The notes: generated by a model not told the origin, from the letters alone. Counted from the first letter of the stretch, positions 23,410 to 37,620 are shown. The stretch is DNA of 64,000 nt from Eledone cirrhosa (GCA_964016885.1 OZ024749.1:16616001-16680000), one strand, 5' to 3'. A program made the numbers and translations.

Positions 23410-24715
23410 ATACAAGTTAACTTTAAGGCCTTTTGATTCTAGGCCATGCTTCCATGTTTGGAATTTCTTCTCTAGTTCAGCCATAAATTCAGCTATGTGT
23501 GTTAGATCATCTGCGTATAGAAGTTCCCATGGGCAGCCGGTCTTGAACTCCTCTGTTATAGCCTGAAGGGCAATAGTAAATAGGAGGGGGCTAAGGACAG
23601 AGCCTTGATGAACACCAACTTTTACGCTAAATTCTTCACTATATTCATTGTTAACTTACTGACAGTTTCTGTATACATGGCTTGTATATCCCTCACAAGC
23701 CATTCATCTACACCTAAGAGCCCACCAGATATGGCGCAGGGGACTCTGTCAAAGGCTTTCTCCAAGTCTATAAAAGCTAAGTAGAGGGGTTTACTTATAG
23801 CTTGGTACTTCTCCTGTAGTTGTCGTACAAGGAAAAGAGCGTGTGGTACTTTTACATGAAACTGCATTTCATCTAGATCAATTCACTCTCTGTGACCTAA
23901 TGCCTCTATAGTTTCCCCTATCTAGAGCATCCCCTTTACCCTTGTAGCAGTTAATGATGCTGCTGCTACGCCAGTCCTTCGGAACGACCCCATTCTCTAT
24001 TACTTGGTTTACTATCTGGGTGACCATAGTATGTCCCACCATTCCAGATGCTTTCAACATCTCAGCAACTATCTCCGAAGGCCCAGCTGCCTTGCCCGTC
24101 TTCATATTTTTGATTGCCTTACTTATTATACTACCCTTAACTTGCACTGCTTGTCCCTCTTTTGGATCGATTTGGGGCGGACTATCTTTTTCCCATTTAT
24201 TCTCCTCATTTAGTAGCCTCTCGTACTGACACTTCCAAGCTATTTTCTTATCAGTAAAAGTGAGGGCAAGTATCATTACTGACTCACTTCTCCCCAACAA
24301 TATCACGATTTTCCTTGACATATTGTCTAGCAAATCCTGAACACTTCACGTTTTTGGTCCTCTTGTAGAAAATGCTTGATCTTTCTATCCTCTTCTTCCC
24401 TTTTTGCACGGTACACTTGTCTCCTAGCTTCTCTTCTGGCCACTTGATAGTGCTCTCTACTACCCCCATCCTGCCATACTTTCCAAGCCTGCTTTTTGGC
24501 CTTGATTGTCTCCTCCACCTTACTGTTCCACCACCAAGTTACTCTCCTCCTGCCTATAGGTCTGCTCCAACCACAGATTTCATCCGTCGCTTTCAGCAGG
24601 TTCACTTTCAAGAATGTCCACTGTTCCTCTATATTGTACGTCTCTAATTGCTCTTCCTTACTGGCTGTGGGGTCCTTCAACTTCTATATTATTCTCCTCA
24701 AGATAGTCTTTTATT
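23410..24715 (-). mobile_element. RTE LINE internal fragment (degenerate)
   Basis: [38 protein letters not shown] and YADD region. Paralogs at 42480-43230 and 60590-61950. Confidence 0.9.
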
Positions 24716-24779
24716 TTATGTTCATCGTTCATCACACATACACATACAATTGATATTCTCTTTGGAATTATTGATGAAA

Positions 24780-25570
24780 CTTGTTAGTGACACAACTACA
24801 AGAGAAGTTCCTAGCCAAGATTAAGTTGCTTTATTTAGCTTTTGTAGATCTATAAGAGGCCTTTGACAGAGTACCTCACTCTGTTATCTGGTGGGCCTTC
24901 AGAAATTTAGGAGGAGAATGGCTTGTGAGAGCAGTACAAACCATGTAGAGAAGAGCTGTTAGTAAAGTGAGAGTAGAAGGGAGTTTAGTGAGTAATTCAA
25001 TGTACAGGTAGGTGTTCATCAAGGTTCAGTTCACAACCCACTGCTGTTCATCATAGTTCTTCAGGCCATAACCAATGAATTTAGGACTGGCTGTTCACGG
25101 GAAACAGTCTATGTGAATGATCTGGTCCTTATAGCTGAATCCATAAAAGAATTAGAGAATAAGTGACCCTACTGCATATGTAGGAAAGGAGTAGGCATAA
25201 ACTGTACACAATGATAGCTTCCACTATCTAGGTGGGGAGAAATGGAGCGACCATGCTTCGTTGGATGTGCAACATAAATGTGAGAGGAAGGCAAAGCTTG
25301 GATAAATTGAGGAAGAATTCGGACTTCAGAGGAAACCGAAGTGGTGTGCAAGAGAGAAGACTGCTTTGGTATGGATATGTGATATGCATGGATGATAATC
25401 ACTGGTTAAAGAAGTGCCAGGGAATACCAGAGGAGGGAAGCCATAGTAAAGGTAGAGCAAGGAAGACCAGGGTAGATGTGATGAGAGCTGATCTCAAATT
25501 GCTGAGACTCACAGGGGAGATAAACCATGCCAAGATTGAGAAACAGACATAAAACTATGATGATGATGTA
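24780..25570 (+). mobile_element. RTE fragment (duplication-unit block, copy 2)
   Basis: Paralog of 1625-2634 with an internal deletion shared with copy 3. Confidence 0.85.
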
Positions 25571-26879
25571 GATGAAGTAAATTAAATCAAAACAGATTTA
25601 GACAAAAACGAACACAACTTCCCTGAAACAACAACAAAGTAGAGCTAAATATAAAATATATTTTATAATGTAAGGTAGTGAACCACATAATTAAATAGAC
25701 GGAGGTAATTTAAATAATAAATATATCTTTAATTTACTTAAAGCAATAACAAGGAACAGCTAAATATAAAATATATTTTATAATGTAAGGCAGTGAACAA
25801 GATAATTAGATGGACGGAGGTAATAAAATAATAAACAGTCATGATAACAATATATTTTATATCACATGTAACAGTGGAATCTGGTTAATTACTGGATAGT
25901 TGTAAGGTTCACATAATTATATTATTTACACACATTAATATAGACATTAAGTAAATCTTTGTCAACTTACCTCCTTGAGATATAATCAATGTGTTGTGTT
26001 GTTAGTTTTTACTAAACAACCAAAGAAATAATCTCTTTGTTATCAAATTAGAAGTTTCAAAGATGTTATCAGCTTTATTTCATGACATTAACGTTGGTGT
26101 ATCTTCTTCATCTTTAGTCATAAATTGATATTTTGTCAGAATGAAGTAGTGAGGCTGACTTTATGTCTTTAGCTACAGATTTGATAGGAAATATATATAT
26201 ATATTAGGTTGATATGTGGTCTAAAATATATATATTGTCTATAAATGACTGATAGCAGATGTTCTGGTGAAATAGTAGTTTTACTACTACAGATTGTAAT
26301 GGAACTCTTAGTAGACACAATTGAAAAGTAAGAATAGATACGACAGTGTAAGACTGATGTCGGGGAATTAAAATTGTGTCTTGCTCAAGGAAACAACACA
26401 TCACCTGGTCTGAGAATTGAACTCACAACCTTTCAATTGCAAGGCCAATGCTCTAAACACTAAGCCATGTGCCTCCATATATAAATATTTATATCAAGCA
26501 AGAATTTGTTGGTGATTCCTCTCTCTCTCTCTTCCACAGAATCTCTGTATTGGACAACAAGACTCAGTAGAGTGTCTCCTTCATATGTTGGACTACCTCA
26601 ACACCAACGATCCTCTCACAGGTAAGTACATATCCATCAAAACTGGAGGTGAACCAATTATCAAAGTACTTCAACATCTTTTTAACTGTTTTATCACTAC
26701 AGAAAAAAGCCCAGCCATGTTCAAGGAAGCATTGATATTTGTACCCTTTAATGTTCAAACCGGACAAAACCGGCCAGAATTCTCTACATCTTTGTGTTGA
26801 AAGTGGCTGTAACTGGTCGCTCAAACTGATGTTATGGTATTGTTCTCAAAATAAATACTTTCAAAATCTCATAGATTCA

Positions 26880-27420
26880 ATATTATGTAAGATAAATCCT
26901 TTACTGTGAAAATACAATAGTATAGAAAGAGTAGTGTAAATGTTATGTGAGGTTTAGCCTTTACTGTGAAAATACAATAGTATATATAGAGTAAAGTAAA
27001 TGTTATGTGAGATATTATGTAAGATAAAGCCTTTACTGTGAAAATACAATAGTATATATAGAGTAAAGTAAATGTTATGTGAGATATTATGTAAGATAAA
27101 GCCTTTACTGTGAAAATACAATAGTATATATGGATTAATGTAAATGTTATGTGAGATATTATGTGAGGTAAAGCCTTTACTGTGAAAATACAACAGTATA
27201 TATAGAGTAAAGTAAATGTTATGTGAGATATTATGTGAGGTAAAGCCTTTACTGTGAAAATATAATAGTATATATAGCGTAATGCAAATGTAATGTATGA
27301 AAATACTATGAAAATACAATAGTATATATAGAGTAATGTAATTGTTATGTGAGGTACAGTCTTTACTGTGAAAATACAATAGTATATATAGAGTAATGTA
27401 AATAATATGTGAGGTAAAGC
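26880..27420 (+). repeat. 72-bp minisatellite array (copy 2)
   Basis: Same monomer as 12384-13520. Confidence 0.95.
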
Positions 27421-27714
27421 TTCTCTTCCTCTCTCTCTAGAAAGCCAGATCTTTTCTCAACCATGGAACCATGTATTACTTGATGTCCTGTTTAGGGGTC
27501 ACAAACTGTCAGATTTCTCTGACCCTATTCTTTCGTTCATCATCAAGGTAAAGTCTCGCTTTATTTATATCCCTGCTTTGTGTGGTTGGTGTTAGGAAGG
27601 GCCTCCAGCTATAAAATACCCAACAGTCCTCACCGGAGCAAAGCGCAATGGGAGCCAACTATGGCAAGACTTGACCCAGATTCTGCCTCCTTCACTCTGT
27701 ATATCACCAGAACT

Positions 27715-28040
27715 ATCATCATCATCATTTTACGTCCGCTTTTCCCTGCTTGCAAGGGTGGGACGGTAACTTATTCTGGCTTGATTTCTACAGCTGGATG
27801 CCCTTCCTAACACCAACCTCATTTACAGTGAGTGCTGGGTGCTTTTTTGTTGTGGCACCTACACGACCACTTTGCAGTGGAATAATAGGGACCCCCAGTC
27901 TTATCATCTCATTTCTACAGCTGAGTAAACTGAAGCACCGTGAAATAAAGTGTCTTGCGCAAGGAAACAACACATCACCCGGTCTGAGAATTGAACTCAC
28001 AACCTTTTGATTGCTCTATCCACTAAGCCATGTGCCTCCA
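27715..28040 (-). mobile_element. tRNA-derived SINE with RTE tail
   Basis: Paralog of 13805-14139. Confidence 0.85.
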
Positions 28041-28549
28041 TGTATACATGTATATATATATACATAAAAGATAAAAATAAGATTGTATGTTCACAGCCAC
28101 TCTATGAAGAACCTTAGACTCTATATGCCTGTGTCTACCGTTCCTTCATAAACCAGTTCCTAGATCATGATCACAACACCGTCATCCTGAAATACCACAT
28201 CCACCAGATGCTGAAGAATGCACACGTCATGTTAAAAGCTGGTCAAATCCAATCAGATTAAGTCCTCATGAAGAGTCTGTTGCACAAGGTAAGTAGCATG
28301 TGTGTGTGTGTGTGTGTGTATGTGTGTGTCTATATATGTATGTGTATATATATATATATATGTGTGTGTGTATGTGTGTATATGTATGTCTGTGTGTATA
28401 TATATATATGTGTGTGTGTATGTATGTGTGTATATATATATATATGTGTGTGTGTGTGTATATATGTGTGTGTGAGATATGACTCACCTGTATGGGTATA
28501 TTTGTGTCTAGTTAAACTACTTGAAACGGAGAATGATTTACCACAGATA

Positions 28550-30079
28550 TCAGTGATATGGTTTCTTACATCTATGTATACGTCTGTGTTTAGATAAATG
28601 ACTACTTACAGAGAATGATTTACCACAGATATCACAGTGGTATGGCTTCTCACCTGTATGGGTACGTAAGTGTCTAGTTAAGGTACTACTTACAGAGAAT
28701 GATTTACCACAGATGTCACAGTGATATGGCTTGCCTCCTGTATGGACACGTTTGTGAGTAGTTAAGGTACAACTTTCAGTGAATGATTTACCACAGATAT
28801 CACAATGATATGGCTTGTCTCGTGTATGGATACGTTTGTGTTTAGTTAAGTTACTACTTGTAAAGAATGATTTACCACAGATATCACAGTGGTATGGTTT
28901 CTCACCTGTATGTATACGTTTGTGGCTAGTTAAGTGACCACTTTGAGCGAATGATTTACCACAGATATCACAGTGGTATGGTTTGTCTCCTGTATGTGTA
29001 TGTTTGTGGCTAGTTAAGGCACTACTTACAGAGAATGATTTACCACAGATATCACAGTGATATGGCTTGTCTCCTGTATGGGTACGTTTGTGACTAGTTA
29101 AGGCACTACTATCAGAGAATGATTTACCACAGATATCGCAGTGATATGGCTTGTCACCTGTATGTATACGTTTGTGAGTAGTTAAGGCACTACTTTGAGA
29201 GAATGATTTACCACAGATATCACAGTGATATGGCTTGTCTCCTGTATGTATACGTTTGTGACTAGTTAAGGCACTACTATCAGAGAATGATTTACCACAG
29301 ATATCACAGTGATATGGCTTGTCTCCTGTATGGGTACGTTTGTGACTAGTTAAGTTACTACTATCATAGAATGATTTACCACATATATCACAGTGATATG
29401 GCTTGTGTCCTGTATGTATACGTTTGTGAGTAGTTAAGGCACTACCATCATAGAATGATTTACCACAGATATCACAGTGGTATGGCTTCTCACCTGTATG
29501 GGTACGTTTGTGTATAGTTAAGGAACTACTATCAGAGAATGATTTACCACAGATATCACAGTGATATGATTTCTCTCCTGTATGGGTACGTTTGTGTCTA
29601 GTTAAGTTACTACTCTGAGAGAATGATTTACCACAGATATCACAGTGATATGGCCACTCTTCTGTGTGTATACGCTTGTGTTTAGTTAAGGTACTACCAT
29701 CAGAGAATGATTTACCACAGATATCACAGTGATATGATTTCTCTCCTGTATGGGTACGTTTGTGTCTAGTTAAGTTACTACTCTGAGAGAATGATTTACC
29801 ACAGATATCACAGTGATATGGCCACTCTTCTGTGTGTATACGCTTGTGTTTAGTTAAGGTACTACCATCAGAGAATGATTTACCACAGATATCACAATAT
29901 GGCTTCTCTCCTGTATGTATAACTTTGTGAGTAGTTAAGGTACTCCATTTATTGAATGATTTACCACAGATATCAGAGTGATATGGCTTCTCTTCTCTAA
30001 CCTTTGTCATTTCACCAGGAATACTTAACACTTTAGATCGTGTTTCACATTTAATCTTCTCAGTCAACATATTTTCCAT
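28550..30079 (-). CDS. Tandem C2H2 zinc-finger protein, 509 aa, 17 fingers (first degenerate), single coding exon
   Basis: Open ORF of [10 protein letters not shown]-x-LTxHKRxH-TG(E/D)KP repeats with a short (about 30 aa) N-terminus and no recognisable effector domain. An upstream splice acceptor tttcatttcAG lies at 30423-30422. Confidence 0.93.
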   Translation of the reverse strand: MENMLTEKIKCETRSKVLSIPGEMTKVREEKPYHSDICGKSFNKWSTLTTHKVIHTGEKPYCDICGKSFSDGSTLTKHKRIHTEEWPYHCDICGKSFSQSSNLTRHKRTHTGEKSYHCDICGKSFSDGSTLTKHKRIHTEEWPYHCDICGKSFSQSSNLTRHKRTHTGEKSYHCDICGKSFSDSSSLTIHKRTHTGEKPYHCDICGKSFYDGSALTTHKRIHTGHKPYHCDICGKSFYDSSNLTSHKRTHTGDKPYHCDICGKSFSDSSALTSHKRIHTGDKPYHCDICGKSFSQSSALTTHKRIHTGDKPYHCDICGKSFSDSSALTSHKRTHTGDKPYHCDICGKSFSVSSALTSHKHTHTGDKPYHCDICGKSFAQSGHLTSHKRIHTGEKPYHCDICGKSFFTSSNLTKHKRIHTRDKPYHCDICGKSFTESCTLTTHKRVHTGGKPYHCDICGKSFSVSSTLTRHLRTHTGEKPYHCDICGKSFSVSSHLSKHRRIHRCKKPYH

Positions 30080-30779
30080 GATTTTTTCTTCAACAGAATA
30101 TACAAATGTTTTACTTGTAATATTTCCTATATTATATTCCTAAAAATATATCTTCTATATTTCCATCAACTGTGATTTCAGTTAATATCTGAAGATAATA
30201 CAAACATATGTTTCACCCAAGTTTAGTTAAAATACAAAACCATATCATAGTGAAGAAAATAAACTCAGTTCTGAGGAAATATTTCACGGTAATTGAACTA
30301 TAGATTTATATAAAGTGTTATATAAGTTCTGTTTAAAATGTTTTAGTCTTCAAATGATGATAAATATAGGTGATGTGTCCGAGATTGAAAATAATTATTT
30401 ATCCCAATGTCATCTGGTATTCTGAAATGAAAAAAAAACCGTATGAGATAATAGAGAACACTTTCGAAGCAGAGATAGATTTAACAGTGGAAATTTTATA
30501 TTTCTATATTGGTAAACTGTAGATATAAACTTTCCGGTCCAGAGTAATTCTCTCCAATGGAAGCAGTGGTTTTCCAGCATACTCTATAAATTATATCCTT
30601 CTATCTCTAGAGAGGTCTGCTCTATGGCAGTTTAGTGAAAAATTCATTCTGATAGCACTTTCTAACGTAGCTATCATCTCCTCTCCTGGTGACATGTCAA
30701 CACAGGTTTAACATATACATATATAAATATATATACACACACATATATATACATATACACATATATATATATATGTAAC

Positions 30780-31985
30780 TTTTACAAACAACCGCAATGA
30801 CAGAGGACGGAGACATCGTTATGCAGAGCAGGGGACTTCAATGGTCATGTTGGACAGCTCCAGGATCGTTACATTGGTGTACATGGTGGGCACGGTTACA
30901 GCTCAAGAAATGAAGGAGTGAGACTTCTTGAATTTTGTGATGCAAGTACACTGACTATTTGCAACACTAACTTCCAGAAACCTGCCAGCCACCTAATAAC
31001 CTACAAATCAGGGGAGCACATCAGCCATATTGACTTCTTACTAGTTAGGCAGATGGTGTCAAATACCAAGGCATACCCTGGGGAAGAATGTACCCCACAG
31101 CATAGGTTAGTCATTAGTGATATCTCAGTAAGCAAGAGATGGAATGAGACATACAGTGTGTAAAAGAAAGATCTGGAAGCTAAAAGACCTTTCACTAAAA
31201 TACAAATTTAGGAAAGCCCTTTAAGATGTGTATGACGAAAAAGAAGACGATTTAGAGACGTATGACATAGATAATAACTGGAATTTCTTACGTGACAACT
31301 TATTGCAGGCTAGTGATGAAACTTGTGGCTAGAGCAGAGCTCCAACCAGACAGAGAGTGACCTGGTGATGGAACAGCACAGTAGATAAGGCCATTAGAGA
31401 CAAAAGACTAGCATGGAAAGCTTGGAAAAAGGGTGGGAGTAGAGAAGGATATACAGCCACTAAGAGAGAAGCTAGACGTCTGGTGTACTTAGCACACAGG
31501 GAGGCTGAGAGGCGTGCGGTGTTCCACATTGCAAGGCAGTGTGTCAATGCAAATCAGGATGTTGTTGGAGATAAATGTGTCCGGAATGATGCCGGTGTAC
31601 TTAGTGTCACGAATGATCAGAAAAAGGAGGCCTGGAAATGTCATTATGAGAGACTGATGAATGTGGACAACGAATGGGAGGGAGATAAATTACCCTCATT
31701 AGTTCCGACAGAGGGACCAGCTATTGAGATTGGCGAATATAGGGTCCAAGAGGCAATTAAGATAATGAAAAATGGTAAGGCTGCTGGACCGTCGGGGATA
31801 GTTGCTGAGATGCTGAAGACATCAGGAGATGTAGGCACTAAACTGGTTGCACGCATCATCAATCAGGCTATATATGGTGGTGTCATACCCAAAGACTGGT
31901 GCAGCAGTATTCTATTAAATTGCTACAAAGGTAAAGGAGATGTTCTGGAGAGGAGCAATTATAGGGGTATAAAACTGATGGATCA
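30780..31985 (+). mobile_element. RTE LINE fragment (APE C-terminal half, linker, RT start)
   Basis: GDFNGHVG, LLEFCD..ICNTNF, IDFLLV, QHRLVISD, KAAGPSGIVAEMLK and NYRGIKLMDQ. Confidence 0.9.
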
Positions 31986-33850
31986 GCTTGCAAGGGTGGG
32001 ACGGGTTTTATTCAGCACAGCATCTCTCCACTTGTCACGGTCCTTCGTCATCTCCACCGTGAGCTTCAGCAATCTGAGGTCTGTTCTCACCACCTCTGCC
32101 CATGTTTTTCGTGGTCTACCTCTAATGCGTCTTCCTTCAACTGGCATTTCCTGGCACTTCTTCACCCATCGGTCATCCTCCATGCGCATCACATGTCCAT
32201 ACCACCTCAGTCTCCTCTCTCGCACACTACATCTATCCCTCACAACACATCCATGCTGGGTCGTTTACACACATTGACATTGCACATCCAACGGAGGATG
32301 CTTGCCTCATTTCTCTCCAGCCGTCGCATATCCTCTGCAGTTGCTGCCCATGTCTCACTACCATGCAGCATCGCGCTCCTCACACAGGCATCATATAACC
32401 GACCTTTCGTACGCAGGGAGAAACCCTTCTTTGTCAGCAGAAGAAGCAGCCCCCTAAATTTCTTCCAACCCGTCCTTATTCTAGATACTATGGCCTCGGA
32501 ACACTCCTCCCTCCCATGCTAATCTGATCTCCTAGGTACCGGAAGCTATCCACCATTTCTATAGCACCCGCCTGCATTTGAAAAATGTGTCTATCAATGT
32601 GACTTCTACTGTCTAATTTCCGTGTACATCTACTGCATACATATTTCTCTATCTGTTAGTGTGCCTGCTATCCCACTACATCTCTTGTGTACCCGAGATA
32701 TTCATTGTGTGCATTTTATAGAATTTATGCCAGTTCCTTTTCTGCATATCGGACATGGCCATTTCCCTGACGGAATCAGCACTTTTGTCTTAGCTAGGTT
32801 CACTCTCAGGCCTCTTGGTTCCAACTACTGTTTCTATACCCAGAATTTATTCTCTAGCTCCTCTACTGATTCTGCTATAAGAACCAGATCATCAGCATAG
32901 AGAAGTTCCCATGGACAGCCAGTCTTAAACTCCTCTGTTATGGCTTGGAGGACTATAATGAACAAGAGCGGGCTGAGGACCGAACCTTGATGTACTCCTA
33001 CTCGTATCTGAAATTCCTCACTAAACTTCATTCCTACCCTGACTTTACTGACAGTACCTCTGTACAAAGTTTGCACTGTCCTCACAAGCCATTCCTCAAC
33101 ACCTAGTTTCCTTAGGGACCACCAGATGACAGATCGGGGTACTCTATCAAAGGCCTTCTCTAGGTCAACAAAGGCTAAATATAGTGGCTTATTCTTCTCT
33201 AAGAACCTGTCTTGTAATTGTCTCACTAAGAAGAGGGCATCTGTTGTACTTTTCCGAGGCCCAAAACCAAACTGCATCTCATCTAGTTTAACCCTTTCTC
33301 GAATTAGTTGTGCTAATATCCTTTCTGTCACTTTCATAACCTGATCCATCAGTTTTATACCCTTATAATTGCTCCTTTCCAGAGCATCCCCTTTACCTGT
33401 GTGACAATTTATGAGAATACTTCTGCACCAGTCTTTGGGTATGACACCACCATATATAGCCTGATTGATGATGCGTGCAACCAGTTTAGTGCTTACGTCC
33501 CCTGATACCTTCAGCATCTCAGCAACTATACCCGATGGTCCAGCAGCCGTACCATTTTTCATTTCCTTAATCTCCTCTTGGACCCTATATTCGCCAATCT
33601 CAATAGCTGGTCCCTCTGTCAGATCTACTGAGGGTAATTTCTCTCTCTCCCATTCGTTCTCCACATTCATCAGACTCTCATAATGACATTTCCAGGCCTC
33701 CTTTTTCTGATCATTCGTGACACTAAGTACACCGCGGACACATTTATCTCCAACAACATCCTGATTTGCATTGACACACTGCCTTGCAATGTGGAACACC
33801 GCTCGCCTCTGATCTTCCCGTTGCAGAACATTGGCAAACCTCCCACTCAC
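31986..33850 (-). mobile_element. RTE LINE 3' half (RT plus C-terminus), tail-to-tail with the previous copy
   Basis: QFGFGPRKSTTD, DLEKAFDRV, GVHQGSVLSPLLF, YADD and RRLRWYGH. Confidence 0.92.
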
Positions 33851-34067
33851 ATATATACATATATATATATACATGTATATATATATACATGTATATATAT
33901 ATACATATAATATATATATATATACATACATATACATATATATACATATACATATATATACATACATATGCATTTATATACATATACATATATATATACA
34001 TACATATACATATATATATACATACATATACATACATATATACATACATATATATATACATATATAT

Positions 34068-37000
34068 CATCATCATCGTTTAACGTCCATCTTCCACGCT
34101 TGCATGGGTTTGGACGGGAGGTTTCCCACTTGAGGCAAGATTTGTTCGCAAAGGCGGGGTTTCTACGGCTGGATGCCCTTCCTAACACCAACCACGTTTA
34201 CAGTGTGGACTGGGAGGTTTTTACCGTGTTACCTACACGGCCACATTACAGCGTGGTCTGTGTGTTTTTTTGTCGTGACACCTACACCACCTCATTTGTT
34301 TCGGACTGGATGTTGTGGTACCAACATAACTTTACATTGAAAGGGGTGGTGTGGATGGGGTGGGGGTAGTGGGGCGGGGGTGTATTTTGTTAGAGGTGCC
34401 TACTGACTGTAGTAGGTTTTACTTTGTATTTAGGTAAGGCGAGTCTTCTCTATTACTGTGTAGCGCCAAAGATCCCGGTCCAGTGACATTGTCTTGGAGA
34501 GGTGTAAGTGTGTGAGGTCGGAATTTATCAAGTCGTCCCAGGTTTTTCTGGGTCTGCCTACTCAGTGGCTACCGTCTATCTTTATTGCCCTGCACTTTTT
34601 TATACAGCTGTCGTCTTTCATGCGCATCACGTGACCATACCAACGTAGCCTTCTCTCGAATAAACAACATCTGATCCCTCTTATTTCTAATTTTTCCCTT
34701 GCCATTCACATATATTACTATTACACATCCAGCGGAGCATGCAAGCTTCGTTCCTCTCTAGTCTGCGTATATCCTCTGCACACAATGCCCAGGTCTCACT
34801 GCCATGCAACATTGCTGTTCGTATGCAGGCATCATACACCCTGCCTTTCATTTTTAGGGAAAACCCTTTAGCGGCTAATAGTGGTATAAGCTCTCTGAAC
34901 TTTTTCTATCCAGTTCTGACTCTAGCTACTGTTCTTTCAGAGCACCCTCCACCACTGCTGATTTTGTCACCCAGGTAACGGAAGGTGTCCACTATTTCTA
35001 TAGAACCATCTGTGCAATGGAATGAGCTAGTATTCTGTGGGCACTTGCTGCTACTTATTGCACCAGAGCACCGGCCACATATAAAATCTATGTTCTCAGT
35101 TAGCTTACCTGTGTTCCCACTACATCTTTTATGCACCCATACTTTGCATTTGGGACATAAAATGGAGTTTCTACCTACTCCTTTCCTACACACTGAGCAT
35201 GGCCAATTCCCGGATGGAACCGGTGCCCTATTTTCCTTCTTACAAACTAGAACTTTAGTCTTAGACAGATTAATTTTAAGGCCTTTTGATTCTAGGCCAT
35301 GCTTCCATGTTTGGAATTTCTTCTCTAGTTCAGCCATTGATTCATATGAGCGTTAGATCATCTGCATATAGGAGTTCCCATGGGCAGCCGGTCTTGAACT
35401 CCTCTGTTATAGCCTGAAGGGCAATAATAAATAGTAGAGGGCTAAGAACGGAGCCCTGATGAACAACTTTTACTCTAAACTCTTCACTATATTCGTTGTT
35501 AATTCTAACCTTGCTGACTGTTTCTTTATACATGGCTTGTATAGCTCTCACAAGCCATTCATCAACACCTAGTTTTCTAAGAACCCACCAGATAATGGAA
35601 CGGGGGACTCTGTCGAAGGCTTTCTCCAAGTCGACAAAAGCTAAGTATAGGGGTTTACTTTTAGCTAGGTACTTCTCCTGTAGTTGTCGTACAATGAAAA
35701 GAGCGTCTGTGGTACTTTTACCTGACACAAACCCGAACTGCATTTCATCTAGATCAATTCGCTCTCTGATTAGTTGCACTATTACTTTTTCTGTGACCTT
35801 CATGACCTGGTCGATTAATTTAATGCCTCTATAGTTACCCCTATCTAGGGCATCTCCTTTACCCTTGTCACAGTTAATGATGCTGCTACGCCAGTCCTTT
35901 GGAACAACCCCATTCTGTATGACTTGGTTTACTATCCGGGTGACCATGGTGTGTCCCACCATTCCAGAAGCTTTCAGCATTTCAGCAACTATTTCCGAAG
36001 GCCCAGCCGCCTCACATCTTTGATTGCTTTACTTATTATACTACCTTCGACTAACACTGCTGGTCCCTCTATTGGATCGATGTGGGGGAGACTGTCTTTC
36101 TCCCATTTATTCTCCTTTCGTAGTGACACTTCCAAGCTACCTTCTTATCAGCGTCAGTGATGGCAAGTACACCATCATCATTAAGGACACACTACTCCCC
36201 GACAATAACACGGTTTTCCTTGACACATTGCCTAGCAATCCTGAACACCTTACATTTTTGGTCCTCGCGTTGTAGAACATGCTTGAACTTTCTTTCCTCT
36301 GCTTCCCTTCTTGCGAAGTACACTTGTCTCCTAGCTTCCCTCCTGGCCACTTGATAGTCTTCTCTACTTCCCCCATCCCGCCATACTTTCCAAGCCTGCT
36401 TTTTGGCCTTAATTGACTCCTCCACCTTACTGTTCCACCACCACGTTACTCTCCTCCTGCCTATAGGCCTGCTCCAGCCACAGACTTCGTCTGCCGCAAT
36501 CAGCAGGTTTGCTTTCAGGAATTCCCACTGTTCCTCTATATTGTACGACTCTAAGTGCTCTTCCTTACTGTCAAAAGCATCAAGTAATATGCTTTTAAAT
36601 TTATTACTGGCTGTGGGGTGCTTTAGCTTCCATATTTTTCTCCTGAGGATAGTCCTCTTTTGTTGTCGAGTACGTCTCGTCCTGACTATGAGGTCGCTAA
36701 TTATCAGTCTATGTTGGGAGGTGCATTCTTCATGGGGGAGGGATTTAGTGTTTACAACAGACACTCTGTCACGTCTTCTGGTAAGGATATAATCTACCTG
36801 ACTGGTATGTTCCCCTGATCTGTAGGTGATCAAGTGATTGTCTCGGTTTTTTAAGTTAGTGTTACAGATAGTTAGGTTAATTGCGTCACAGAATTCCAGG
36901 ATTCTGGAGCCTTCCTCATTTCTAGTACCAAACTCATAGCCTCCATGGATTCCGTCATAGCCGTCACAATGTTGTCCAACGTGACCATTTAGGTCGCCAG

Positions 37001-37620
37001 CAATAATTATATAGTCATTGTTGGTTATTTGGGAGGTAGTGAGCATCAGTGTCTCATAGAATCTGTCTTTTATAGCGCCAGGCAGTCCGGATTGGGGTGC
37101 GTATGCAGATATTACTGTCACAGTAGTTTTATTTAGAACAAGTCTTATTTTAATTATTCTGTCATTCACTCTATTTACGTCTATTATGTTATCCACCCAT
37201 TTTTCTGCTAACATGATTCCTACCCCACCCAGCCCATTGTCATTTCCCACCCAGAAAAGCTTATAGCATCGTTTTTTACCCACAATGAATCTAGCAGACC
37301 CGCCCTTCCACCTGGTCTCTTGGATACAGCAAGCATCAACCTCCTTACATTCAAGCATTTCTACAACCTCGTTAGAGCGGCCTTTTAAGGTGCCTACATT
37401 CACGGTACCAACTCTGAAGTTTTGGATTGCGTTTGGTGGGTGGGGCGCAGGGAGGGGTGAGGGGGATGGGGTTCGGGTTGGGGTTATGTTGGCCATCTGC
37501 GGCCGAAACAAAGAGGAGGAGTCCTTGCCCTTTCGTCCAGCAGCATGAGGTGAATTTGTCGTTATCTTTGGCATTGTCTCCGAGTGTCCAGATTCTTCAG
37601 ACTCTCCAGAAATTCCTTAG
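34068..37620 (-). mobile_element. Near full-length RTE LINE (APE endonuclease, RT, PHD-like finger, 3' UTR, (ATG)n tail), frameshifted
   Basis: ORF pieces 37574-36192 (VGTVNVGTL, CIQETRW, GDLNGHVG, HRLIISD), 35980-35342 (YADD) and 35337-34906 (CSVC..CPKC..HKRC..CGRC). 3' UTR about 34430-34068. Confidence 0.93.
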
